DNA from: Gemmatimonadales bacterium
Lineage (GTDB): Bacteria; Gemmatimonadota; Gemmatimonadetes; Gemmatimonadales; GWC2-71-9
Length of the DNA stretch: 52,925 bases
Direction: 5' to 3'
Assembly: GCA_041577295.1 (NCBI GenBank)
Contig: JBFGJG010000031.1
Location: 1-52,925 of the forward strand
Under the pieces are notes generated by a model, which was not told the origin of the DNA, did no database searches, and worked only from the letters and a program-made list of their open reading frames with translations. This document shows, in pieces, positions 1 to 9,073 of this stretch. How positions within the stretch are numbered: position 1 is the stretch's first letter; each line of letters begins with the position of its first letter. The translations under genes and the position numbers were made by a program.

Positions 1-793
1 GCACCGCGAGCGGCTGAGCCTCGTATTCGATCGTGCTATCGCGGGGCGACTTGACGGCCGCTTGTAGATTGAGGTAGATGAAGTCACTCCACCAATCCAG
101 CACTGCAAACGAAGCGATCACGCTGCGACGACTACTCCGGTCGCGCCACCCAGCGCCGAACTCGATGTCGGAGCCCGACTTTTCGGGATCCACACTCCCT
201 TCGGCAAAGGCAAGCAAGCCGCTAGGCCACCATTTGGTGAAGGAGAACCTCAGGAACGTTCGCTTCGCCTCGAGATTGTCCTCGATGTCAGCGCGGACCC
301 GAAAGAGCCAATCGCCACCGACTGGGACAGCCACCTTGAACTGCGAAGCGACGGCGAGAGCCGGCTTATTCAGGCTGCCGGCACTCCAGCGGAAGCCGCT
401 CGATCGCGCGTACCACTCGTATTCTTCCGAAGGAAGGAAGCCGACCGCAATCAGATCCAGACGGTACTCGCCGTGCATGTCGGGGTGGAAGCGTTGAAGA
501 ATGCCGCGGTCGCTCAGGCGGCCGTCGATGGCACCATTCCGATCGAGAAGTTGAAGCCATACCTGATCGGCCCACCCCCGAAGTGTCGCATGCAACGACG
601 CTGAGTCCAGCTGAGCGCTCGCCAGCGGCCTCACGGGCACCAGGTTCGCCAACACCAGCCAGGCGGCCGCAATCGCGAGACAACGGTGTACGCCAGGTGT
701 ATTCGATCTGACCGACGTACGGGGAAACCGCGTATGTACGGGCCCCGCGGGCCAACTGTTGCTCGTCGGTCCCCCCCATTCCCTACTCACCAC
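1..793 (-). CDS. Hypothetical exported protein, possibly an outer-membrane beta-barrel; partial, runs off the left edge
   Basis: Not in the ORF track. Manual translation gives an open frame ...[53 protein letters not shown]...[22 protein letters not shown]...; signal-peptide-like segment followed by aromatic-rich alternating strands. Start uncertain (GTG 793 or 790, overlapping the upstream stop). Confidence 0.6.
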   Translation of the reverse strand, partial: MVSREWGGPTSNSWPAGPVHTRFPRTSVRSNTPGVHRCLAIAAAWLVLANLVPVRPLASAQLDSASLHATLRGWADQVWLQLLDRNGAIDGRLSDRGILQRFHPDMHGEYRLDLIAVGFLPSEEYEWYARSSGFRWSAGSLNKPALAVASQFKVAVPVGGDWLFRVRADIEDNLEAKRTFLRFSFTKWWPSGLLAFAEGSVDPEKSGSDIEFGAGWRDRSSRRSVIASFAVLDWWSDFIYLNLQAAVKSPRDSTIEYEAQPLAV

Positions 794-3700
794 TCCCGAC
801 TCCCTCAAACACCTCTTCCAACACCTCGAGAAACCGATCCACGTGCTCGCCCGTCATGGCCATTGGCGGCTTGATCTTCAGGACGTTGCGATGCGGGCCA
901 TCGATCGACAGTAGAACCCCGCGTTGCTTGGCTCCCTCGATCACGGCCGTTGCCTCACGGTCGGCGGGCTCGAGCGTTTGCACATCCCGCACGAGCTCCA
1001 CACCGATGAAAAGACCCAAGCCTCGAACGTCTCCTATTAATGAATGCCGGGTTGCCAGGTCTTTGAGACCGCTCATGAGGCGGTGACCGGTGCTGAGGGC
1101 GTTTTGTTGGAGCCGCTCATCTCGCATCACATCCAGCACCGCGAGCCCGATGGCGGCTGAGACGGGATTCCCGCCAAAAGTGTTGAAATACTCCATTCCG
1201 GTCTCGAACGTTGCGGCAATCTGCCGCGTTGTGATCACTGCGGCCAACGGATGACCGTTGCCCAAGGGCTTACCTAGGGTCACAATGTCCGGGACGACGC
1301 CCTGGGTTTCGAACGCCCACATGTGCGTACCCACGCGTCCGAGCCCTACTTGTACCTCGTCCGCCACGCAGACGCCACCGGCTTGGCGCACCAACGCGTA
1401 TGCCTCTTGGAGGTATCCGGGCGGCAAGATGATCTGACCGCCGCAGCTCATGGCCGATTCCGCGAAGAATGCGGCGAGACCGTAGCCGTTTTGCTCGAGT
1501 GAATCGATCTGATGCTGCACATCCCTGGCGTAAACCCGCGCGTAGTCCGGCTGGGTCGTTCGAACCGGACCCCGGTAACCGTCCGGCATTTCGCAGACAC
1601 GAACGTGCTGAGGACATCCCAGCCCACCAGGGCCGCGAAACTTGTACGGGCTGATCTCGATGAGGGACGACAGGTGCCCGTGATACGCATGGTCGATCAC
1701 CACCACACCGTCCGCTCCGGTGTGGGCTCGGGCCAGCCTCAGTGCTAGGTCGTTAGCCTCACTCCCAGAATTGACCAAGAAACACACACTGAGCTGTTCG
1801 GGAAACGTGGCCAGTAGCCGGTGCACGTACTCAACGAGCGGGTCGTAGAGGTATCGTGTGTTCGTGTTGAGCCGGGCCATCTGGTCCTGTCCGGCACGTA
1901 CGACGCGGGGATGACAGTGACCGACATGGCAAACATTGTTTACCATGTCGAGGTACGCACGGCCATTTGCGTCGTAGAGAAACTGCCCTGCTGCCCGTAC
2001 GATATGTAGCGGCTCGTCATAGGAGAGACTCAGACTGTCACTCAGGTACCGTCTGCGTTCTCGTAGAAGGTAGTTTCGGTCTCGCCGCGGGCTCGCGCGG
2101 CAGCCCTCCGGAATTCCCAGGACCAGATTGGGATCAGGGCTGATACACTCCCAGACGTCAAGCATGCTCGGCGCAACCACACCGTCAATGTCGCACCCAA
2201 GGTCCAGGGTGTTGGTCAGCAGTTGAAAATGGAGGTGCGGGACCCAGTCGCCGTTCACCGAATACTCCCCGATTCGGCCGATCTCCTGCCCTCGCGCAAC
2301 TTGTTGACCAACCTCGAGCCCGTCCAACGAATCGAGACTCAAGTGTCCGTACAACGTCCAAAAGCGGATCCCGTCAGCGGGCTGATGTTCGAGCATGATG
2401 ACCGGTCCATAGTCACCTTCGCGCGCATTGTTGGCGAAGGCGTGGATCACACCATCGAGCGGTGCGTAGATCGGTTCACCGATTCCAAGAAAGAGATCGA
2501 CACCGAGATGCACGCTGCGCCGCTCGTCGGAGTCCGGCATGGCAAAGTGCGATGCGCGGTACCAGGATCGATCTTCCAAGTATCGTCCAATCCCCGCGGC
2601 AGCCTCTTCTTCCCGTAGTCGATTAAAGACGTAGTCAGTGGCAGCGGCAACGCCAGAGAGTTGCTCCAGCGCCTTCGAGTCCTCCCCTTCGCGCGACAGA
2701 TCGAAGAACAGCCTGGGTGCTGATTTGAGATCGTGACGGCAGACGTTGGCGAAGTGTTCGCTGTGCGTTTCGATCCAGCGCACGACCGTACGCGCTGTTT
2801 GATCGGCGGCGCGACCGCACGCGTCGCGTATCCGCAATCGAACGAGATGGTGGTTCTCGGTCTTCAGCCGCTGTAGCAACTCCCAAACGGCCTCTTGGCT
2901 GATCTTGAGATAATCGTTCTTGGGTGACTCGTGTGATTGCCAAGCGGCCATGCACAGGCTCATCGCGAGCCTCGTGCGAACGAGGTCGAACAACAACTCC
3001 AACTCGAGATCCGTCAGCGGGGTGACCTGGTGATAAGACGCCACGAGCGGCAATGTTGCGGTGACCGGACGAGCCAATCCAAGCATCGCGTAGGCACACG
3101 CGACCGCGAGCCCCGACACCGCGGGCGCATAAATGAGATCACCAAAGTCAATCAGCCCAACAACGTCACCTTCGGGCCCAACCAGTATGTTTCGATCGCT
3201 TGCGTCGTTGTGGATCACTTGAGCGCGGCACGTGGCGAGCCGCGGCGCAACGTCATGCACGAAGTGCGTGAGAATCTCTCTGGCGGCGTGACGGCGCTCG
3301 ACGTCGGCGATCAGTGGCAGGAACTCCCGCAGCCGGCCGGCGTGCTGCATTCCCCACAGGTACTCACGGTGCATCTCGCGATGCTGAAAGTCCACGAGCA
3401 TCTCATCGACCCTGGCGACGCATGTGCCGAGTGATGCGAACATCAGGGGGTCACGGCGAGGCACGTCAGCCCACACCTCACCAGGGATCCAAGTGAGCAC
3501 GCGCACTAATCTCGTCGACCCATCGTCGAGGGTGATCTGAGCGATGTCGTCGCCATCCTTTGCCGGCACGACGCTCGGCACCAGCACCGAGCCGTGGCTC
3601 GCCGCGATGTGCTCCAACGCGGCATTTTGCAGATCGAGCACGCCACGCCGTGTATCAGGCGGGTGGAACTTGAGAACATACGATGCGTCGCTGGTGGTGA

Positions 3701-3830
3701 TGCGAAAGTTTTGGTCTTGCTCACCGGGCAGGGCGACGACCTCTCCCGCAAGGCCATAGTGCCGTTCGGCGATGGCCGCTGCGGTTTCCGCCGTTACGGA
3801 GGCGGTGGCGGTATTGGGGGGGGAACCCAT
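783..3830 (-). CDS. Three-domain fusion: APH/hydroxylysine-kinase-like phosphotransferase + M23-like domain + class III PLP aminotransferase/phospho-lyase
   Basis: Kinase motifs HNDASDRN and IDFGD; M23 motifs HLGVD and PHLHFQ; class III motifs [33 protein letters not shown]. Confidence 0.9.
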   Translation of the reverse strand: MGSPPNTATASVTAETAAAIAERHYGLAGEVVALPGEQDQNFRITTSDASYVLKFHPPDTRRGVLDLQNAALEHIAASHGSVLVPSVVPAKDGDDIAQITLDDGSTRLVRVLTWIPGEVWADVPRRDPLMFASLGTCVARVDEMLVDFQHREMHREYLWGMQHAGRLREFLPLIADVERRHAAREILTHFVHDVAPRLATCRAQVIHNDASDRNILVGPEGDVVGLIDFGDLIYAPAVSGLAVACAYAMLGLARPVTATLPLVASYHQVTPLTDLELELLFDLVRTRLAMSLCMAAWQSHESPKNDYLKISQEAVWELLQRLKTENHHLVRLRIRDACGRAADQTARTVVRWIETHSEHFANVCRHDLKSAPRLFFDLSREGEDSKALEQLSGVAAATDYVFNRLREEEAAAGIGRYLEDRSWYRASHFAMPDSDERRSVHLGVDLFLGIGEPIYAPLDGVIHAFANNAREGDYGPVIMLEHQPADGIRFWTLYGHLSLDSLDGLEVGQQVARGQEIGRIGEYSVNGDWVPHLHFQLLTNTLDLGCDIDGVVAPSMLDVWECISPDPNLVLGIPEGCRASPRRDRNYLLRERRRYLSDSLSLSYDEPLHIVRAAGQFLYDANGRAYLDMVNNVCHVGHCHPRVVRAGQDQMARLNTNTRYLYDPLVEYVHRLLATFPEQLSVCFLVNSGSEANDLALRLARAHTGADGVVVIDHAYHGHLSSLIEISPYKFRGPGGLGCPQHVRVCEMPDGYRGPVRTTQPDYARVYARDVQHQIDSLEQNGYGLAAFFAESAMSCGGQIILPPGYLQEAYALVRQAGGVCVADEVQVGLGRVGTHMWAFETQGVVPDIVTLGKPLGNGHPLAAVITTRQIAATFETGMEYFNTFGGNPVSAAIGLAVLDVMRDERLQQNALSTGHRLMSGLKDLATRHSLIGDVRGLGLFIGVELVRDVQTLEPADREATAVIEGAKQRGVLLSIDGPHRNVLKIKPPMAMTGEHVDRFLEVLEEVFEGVGSGE

Positions 3831-3995
3831 TGATGCGTTAGCCGTTCAATCAATATAGACAAACAAAGGGATGAAAGAAGGTTGGAAAGACGAAAAGATC
3901 GAAGGACGCTGTTCCGTCCTTCCATCCTTCCGTTCGTATCGCTATCGTCTTTCGTCCTGATCCTTCTGCTAATGCGCAAGTTGGGAGATCGTGCC

Positions 3996-5585
3996 ATGCG
4001 TCGCTTTACTACCGTTTTCGCCACCTGGTCCCTGGCGCTCTTCGCCGTGCCATCCGGGAGCGCGCAAAGTGGCTCGTTTGGTGATCTCGCCGCTGGACCC
4101 TACGAACGCCTGGTGATACGCAACGCCTTGGTGATTCCGGGTCACGGCGGTCCTGCCAATGGGCCGTTTGACATCGTAATCGAGCGTAACCGGATTGCGG
4201 AGCTGATTCCGTTTGACCCGGTAACCAGTGAGCGTCAGGGCGCCCGCGAACGTCCCACCGGCGATCGGGTGATCGACGCGACGGGGATGTACGTCATGCC
4301 CGGCATGATCGATCTCCATACACACATCCGTAACGAGCCCATGGAAATGGAGTACGTCTATTACCTCAAGCTCGCGCACGGTATCACGGCCATGGTGCCG
4401 GCGGCCGATCGCGGAATGGAGCACGCGCTTGGCGAGCAAGCCAAGAGCGACCGCAATGCAATCTTGGCACCGCGGATCTTCCCCTTGTGGCGGTGGGGGT
4501 GGGGGACTGAGTTCACGCGAGCCCAGCTCGACGACCCCGCCATGGCACCACGCATTGCCCGGACCATGCGAGAACGAGGCGCGCATGCGGTGAGCATGAA
4601 TCAGCTCGGGTGGAGCCAGGCACTATTTGGCGCGGTTTGCCGGGCCGTATGGGACGTCGGTGGAATTACGTCAGTTCACCTGCCCCCCTCTACGAACGCG
4701 GTCGTCCACGCTGTTGACGCGGCGCGGCTCGGGGTCACCATGATCGAGCACCACTATGGGTACTCCGAGTCGGCACTCGACCGTAGCGTGCAAGACTTTC
4801 CCCGCGATTACAACTACGACAATGAGAATCAGCGCTTTCGCGAAGCGGGCAGGGTGTGGCTCGAGACGGACAAAACACGATTGCTGACCGAGGTGGTCGA
4901 TTCGCTCGTGGGCTATGGTGTGACCATGCTTCCGACGCGAGTGGTCTACGAAGCCAACCGCGATATCCTCCGCGCGCAAAGCCTCCCTTGGCACGAGAAG
5001 TACACGCACCAGAAGCTGATCGACTGGAGCTCCCCCAATCCCGCGTACCACGGGGCGTACCACTACGACTGGACTTCCGATGACGAGTACTACTGGACCT
5101 ACGCCTTCGATCTGTGGGGAGACCTGATCTTCGAGTTCAACAAACGCGGTGGTCGCGTGGCGTTTGGCACCGATGACAACTACATCTGGGCGACACCAGG
5201 ATTCTCGACGGTGCGCGAGCTCCAGCTGTTGCGTGAGTCGGGAATGCACAGTCTTGAAGTCCTCAAAGCCGCAACGCTGGGCAGCGCCCAAACGTTACGC
5301 CAAACCGACCTCGGTTTGGTGCAGCCAGGTTTCAAGGCCGATCTGTTGATCGTGGACGGAAATCCAGCCTATAACCTCCGCTTCTTGTATTCGTTCGGCG
5401 CCCTGCGACTTGACGAGGACGGTCAGATGGTACGCACCCGCGGGATCGTACACACGATCAAAGACGGAATCGTCACTGAGAACGCCCGCCTCATGGAGGA
5501 GGTGGCTCGCATGGTCGCAGCATCAAAGCAGGGCGTGGGAACGAGCTTCCTCGACGCACCCTTCACGACACCGGAAAACCGTTAA
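3996..5585 (+). CDS. Secreted amidohydrolase family protein
   Basis: Motifs IDATGMYVMPGMIDLHTH, GTDD, G.VQPGFKADLLIVDGNP; signal peptide; GGAGA RBS before ATG 3996. Confidence 0.88.
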   Translation: MRRFTTVFATWSLALFAVPSGSAQSGSFGDLAAGPYERLVIRNALVIPGHGGPANGPFDIVIERNRIAELIPFDPVTSERQGARERPTGDRVIDATGMYVMPGMIDLHTHIRNEPMEMEYVYYLKLAHGITAMVPAADRGMEHALGEQAKSDRNAILAPRIFPLWRWGWGTEFTRAQLDDPAMAPRIARTMRERGAHAVSMNQLGWSQALFGAVCRAVWDVGGITSVHLPPSTNAVVHAVDAARLGVTMIEHHYGYSESALDRSVQDFPRDYNYDNENQRFREAGRVWLETDKTRLLTEVVDSLVGYGVTMLPTRVVYEANRDILRAQSLPWHEKYTHQKLIDWSSPNPAYHGAYHYDWTSDDEYYWTYAFDLWGDLIFEFNKRGGRVAFGTDDNYIWATPGFSTVRELQLLRESGMHSLEVLKAATLGSAQTLRQTDLGLVQPGFKADLLIVDGNPAYNLRFLYSFGALRLDEDGQMVRTRGIVHTIKDGIVTENARLMEEVARMVAASKQGVGTSFLDAPFTTPENR

Positions 5586-5614
5586 GAACCAAACCCCTGA
5601 GTCCCGCTCATAGA

Positions 5615-5643
5615 CCGGCCGCCGAGGAACGATCGGCGGCCGG
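5615..5643. terminator. Strong GC hairpin downstream of the amidohydrolase
   Basis: CCGGCCGCCGA-GGAACGA-TCGGCGGCCGG; no good U-tract. Confidence 0.45.
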
Positions 5644-5823
5644 CTGTCATTGTTGCCGTCGAGTTTGCATGCGCGCCAGCTCGAGGGAAGTGAAGGACGC
5701 CCCCAACTGGGAGACGGCCTCGCGTTCTGCCAATGCCATGTTGCGGCTCCATGACAACCAAGTGGAACGGGCGGTCATGCATCGAAGAAGCGGTAGCCCC
5801 ACCCGTTATTCTGGACAGATGCA

Positions 5824-5853
5824 AGAACCCCGGGCTCCCACCCCGGGGTTCTT
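5824..5853. terminator. Hairpin terminator just downstream of the PheS-like gene
   Basis: AAGAACCCCGGG-loop-CCCGGGGTTCTT, 12-bp stem, about 10 nt after the stop at 5863. Confidence 0.65.
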
Positions 5854-5862
5854 GGTTTACAA

Positions 5863-6985
5863 TCATGACTGCGACTCCCACTCGCCGACGTGTCCACGAT
5901 GTACTGCCCGGTACACTCGGTCGCGAACCGCGTTTGCCTCGTTACTGGTCAAAGTCTTTACCGGGTGCCTAATGACGAGCCGCACCAAGAGATTCTTCTG
6001 ATCGGGTGAGATCCCCATGCGGGTAATGGCCGCCGATGGCAGTCCTGCATAGGGTGTGGTAGACAGCACTTCCACTTGCTCAATCCATTCGGCATCCGCT
6101 CCCAGTGTTTCGCGAATTGCATCACCCAGTTCCTCTTGGGTGAGATCATGCGGTACGGCAACGGAAAAGATCCCTCCTGATCGCTGGCTGACGCGATACG
6201 GGGGTGTACGGCGTGAGGTCGAGCAGCTGGTTGGCCACACGCTGGTCAGAGCACCGCAGCAACCGTATGTCGTCGATCTCTTTCCGAATCATCAAGATTC
6301 GGTCGAGACCCAACCCCATGGCGAGGCCAGAATACCGCGCCGGATCTAGCCCGGCTTCCTGCAACACAATCGGCGCAGCCATCCCGCATTCCCCAATCTC
6401 AATCCACTCGCCGCCCTCGTTGATGTGCATCTCCAGCCCACACTCGGTATAGGGGTGACTGGTTGGGCGGGTCTGGACGGGGCGGTTTGGTAACGATGCT
6501 TCTACAACGAGCCGGACCATCTGTCGAAGATCATCAATGGTGAGCCGTGCACAGGTAATGCGCCACAGGTCGAGCTGATGCGGCTCACCCGTATGCAAGC
6601 GATCGATCTGATCTCTCCGGTAGACCAAACCCGGGCACGCGAGTAACACGTCCCGAATGGGCACGGCGGCGATTCTCCGGAGCAGTGCGGGGATGAGAGC
6701 GGTCGTGTGCGTGCGCAGCAAGCGATTGTTGCCCACGTACCTCGTGTACCGCGCATCTCGGGCAGCACCGTCTGGTGGGTAGTGCAAGCGGTCGTAGTTC
6801 TCCTCGACCGAGACCACTGGATGGGCACGCTGGAGAACGAGGTCGCATCCCCATGACGCGCGTAATCGGCCTTCGATATTCGAGACCAGCGTCTGCATGG
6901 CGTGAGGTCCCAGTGCGGGATCGGTGAGATCGCGCACCGCCAGCGTCCGGCGGTAGGCATCCGGTGAGAGAATTCGGTATTGCAT
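5863..6985 (-). CDS. srmL: PheS-related monomeric (mitochondrial-type) aminoacyl-tRNA-ligase-like protein with C-terminal FDX-ACB-like domain; needs a +1 frameshift at 6169-6164 (373-aa product)
   Basis: ORF 6146..7015 has class IIc motifs (ENYDRL, LLRTHTTA, GLVYRRDQIDRLH.GEPHQ, WIEIGECG, GLAMGLGLDRILM, DDIRLL). ORF 5863..6240 supplies the anticodon-binding domain. Joining restores the RRDL-SVAV motif. AAGGAG RBS before ATG 6985. The family name is from recall and needs an HMM check. Confidence 0.8.
6163..6178 (-). other. Putative programmed +1 ribosomal frameshift site, prfB-like with a Phe-codon trigger
   Basis: AGGAGG-GAT-CTT-TTC-C versus E. coli prfB AGGGGG-TAT-CTT-TGA-C; same SD spacing and same CUU-U slip site. 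Confidence 0.7.
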
Positions 6986-7034
6986 GGCCGCTCCTTTGCG
7001 CTCTGTTGATGGCATCCTCCATTACGAAATGCAC

Positions 7035-7068
7035 AAACAAAAACGCCCCGGGATCTGGTCCAAGGGCG
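7035..7068 (-). terminator. Intrinsic terminator in the srmL leader (attenuator)
   Basis: RNA CGCCCUUGGA-CCAGA-UCCCGGGGCG followed by UUUUUGUUU, 50 nt upstream of the start codon. Confidence 0.75.
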
Positions 7069-7101
7069 AGGAGCTGCCACACCGGCGAAGCACAGGGAGC
7101 G

Positions 7102-7188
7102 TTAGCGCACACTCCTCCATCCTGCCCTGGACGGGATTCCGGGGCCGGTAAAGAGCTGGGAAACCAGAGGAAGACGTTGCGCCATCAT
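7102..7188 (-). CDS. Putative leader peptide MMAQRLPLVSQLFTGPGIPSRAGWRSVR (28 aa, leaderless)
   Basis: ATG 7188 lies 7 nt after a -10 box; TAA at 7104-7102; its 3' end overlaps the antiterminator arm; single Phe codon at 7152-7150. Confidence 0.6.
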   Translation of the reverse strand: MMAQRLPLVSQLFTGPGIPSRAGWRSVR

Positions 7189-7195
7189 GGATACA

Positions 7196-7224
7196 AACAT
7201 ACGGCATCCCGGTGTCGGGGACAA
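7196..7224 (-). promoter_or_regulatory. Sigma70-type promoter for the leader peptide and srmL
   Basis: TTGTCC (7224-7219), 17-nt spacer, TATGTT (7201-7196). Confidence 0.6.
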
Positions 7225-7344
7225 GCCAGATGGGAAGGCCGGAGAGGCCCAGTCCACTGCCGCCTCTGCCTCGCTTGCTCCGCGCTTATTAGAATTCTCT
7301 CCATTCGGTTGGCTTCGAAACGATTACGTGACGGGAGGTAGAGC

Positions 7345-8985
7345 ATGAGAATCGTGTCACGAAATGTCGTGACAGCGCTTGGGGCCTTGGGTGTTGCGTT
7401 CCCGGTCACGGCTCAGGAACACCATCACGACATTGCGCATGATGAACAACTGGGAACGGTGCACTTCCCGGTTGCCTGTTCGGCAGAAGGTGCGGAACGC
7501 GTTCAGCGTGGAGTCACGTTGCTCCACTCATTCTGGTACGAGAAGGCGGCGGAAGCGTTTGATGAAGCCGCAAGCGTGGATCCGGGTTGTGCGATGGCGT
7601 ACTGGGGACGAGCCATGAGCATCCTGCACCCGTTGTGGACACCCCCGGTGGGGAAGGATTTCGAGGCAGGAAGAACAGCCTCGCAACAGGGGCTTTCTGT
7701 GGTCGAAAGCGCACGGGAGCGGGGCTACCTACAGACCATCGCCTCGTACTTCGACGCCGGGTTACCAGATCACCGTTCTCGGTTAGTGGCATATTCCGAC
7801 GCATATGCGCGCTTGCACGAGAGACACCTCGACGACTCCGAGGCCACCATCTTTTACGCCTTGAGTCTGATCGCGGTCGGTGACGCCACGCCGTGGGACA
7901 CGGCGTTCACTTATCACAAACAGGCGCACCAGATCCTACTGCCCTTGTTTGGGGATCAACCAAACCACCCCGGCTTGGCACACTATCTCATTCACACCAA
8001 CGACTCACCAAAACGCGCACATCTCGCGCTCGAGGCAGCACGCCGCTACGCCGAGATCGCGCCCGACGTCCCACACGCGCTCCATATGCCGTCACACATC
8101 TTCATCCGACTCGGACTGTGGGACGACGCCATCGAATCGAACATTCGGTCCGCCGCTTCGGCCCGGAAGTTCGAGCAAGAAAACAAGCTCAATGCGATGT
8201 GGGATCAAACGGCGCACGCGTTCGACTACGTTGTCTACGCACGGCTGCAGCAGGGAAAGGATCGCGCGGCGAAACAGGTTGTCGACGAAATGGCTGCGGT
8301 GACAGACGTGTTTCCGGCGACGTCACTGATCAACGATTACGCGCTCGCAGCTATTCCCGCCCGGTACGCCCTTGAACGCAACAACTGGCGGGACGCGGCC
8401 GCACTCACCGTTCGACCTGCTCCTGCGTGGCGCGCGACCGAGGCGATCACCCACTTTGCCCGCGCGATCGGCGCCGTGCGAAGCGGCGATCTCGAATCCG
8501 CCCGCGGGGACGTTGGTGCCCTTTCCGAGATCGAGAAGGCCCTGGAGGCGGCCGGTGGTCCACAGACCTTTTGGTCGAAACATGTTGCCATCCAACGAAT
8601 CGCGGCGGCGGCGTGGGTTGCGGTCGCGTCGGGCGACACCAGCGAGGCGGTGCGACTGGCAACAGAAGCCGCAGAGCGGGATGCGGTGACGCCAAAGCAC
8701 CCCGTGACGCCCGGTGCCGTTCTCCCAGCGCGGGAGTTGTTAGGGGATCTGCTGCTGGCGATAGGTCGCGGACATGAGGCATCCGCAGCATACGTCCAAA
8801 TGCTCGAGCATACCCCCAACCGCGCACGGAGTGTTTACGGTGCCGGCCGGGCCGCCGAGCTGATTGGGGATATGGCGGAAGCGAAGCGGTGGTACAAGAA
8901 CTACCTGGATCTCATGGCCGAGGGCGATGGCGCTCGACCAGAGCTGCGACATGCGAGGAGGCAGGTAGAGATTGCGGATGGCTGA
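7345..8985 (+). CDS. Secreted TPR-repeat protein with His-rich motifs
   Basis: Signal peptide then QEHHH; LGTVHFPVAC; HPGLAHYLIH; PHALHMPSHIF; helical TPR-like repeats; GGAGG RBS. Confidence 0.8.
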   Translation: MRIVSRNVVTALGALGVAFPVTAQEHHHDIAHDEQLGTVHFPVACSAEGAERVQRGVTLLHSFWYEKAAEAFDEAASVDPGCAMAYWGRAMSILHPLWTPPVGKDFEAGRTASQQGLSVVESARERGYLQTIASYFDAGLPDHRSRLVAYSDAYARLHERHLDDSEATIFYALSLIAVGDATPWDTAFTYHKQAHQILLPLFGDQPNHPGLAHYLIHTNDSPKRAHLALEAARRYAEIAPDVPHALHMPSHIFIRLGLWDDAIESNIRSAASARKFEQENKLNAMWDQTAHAFDYVVYARLQQGKDRAAKQVVDEMAAVTDVFPATSLINDYALAAIPARYALERNNWRDAAALTVRPAPAWRATEAITHFARAIGAVRSGDLESARGDVGALSEIEKALEAAGGPQTFWSKHVAIQRIAAAAWVAVASGDTSEAVRLATEAAERDAVTPKHPVTPGAVLPARELLGDLLLAIGRGHEASAAYVQMLEHTPNRARSVYGAGRAAELIGDMAEAKRWYKNYLDLMAEGDGARPELRHARRQVEIADG

Positions 8986-9066
8986 TGTTGATGGCGGATT
9001 GCCGATTGGATATTTGAAGTAACGAGCCTACCCCTAATCACCCATCAGCAATCCGCCATCACCAAT
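8967..9066. repeat. Inverted array of degenerate heptamers (GATnGCn) between convergent genes
   Basis: GATGGCGGATTGCCGAT (8990-9006) and ATCAGCAATCCGCCATC (9044-9060) are 16/17 complementary. Confidence 0.6.
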
Positions 9067-9073
9067 CTTCTCG

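Noticed and set aside
5863..6240. Independent 125-aa gene, or a simple pseudogene call
   Set aside because: The N-terminal part of this ORF is off-frame overlap with no RBS; both halves keep intact motifs and the break coincides with a frameshift cassette. A sequencing error remains possible and is listed as the refutation test.
7110..7140. SecM-like arrest motif in the leader peptide (SRAGW)
   Set aside because: It lacks the Pro of RAGP/RAPP, and these codons are explained by antiterminator pairing.
6990..7200. T-box riboswitch upstream of the synthetase-like gene
   Set aside because: No T-box consensus (GGUGGNACCGCG) or stem I motifs seen; a uORF-based attenuator fits better.
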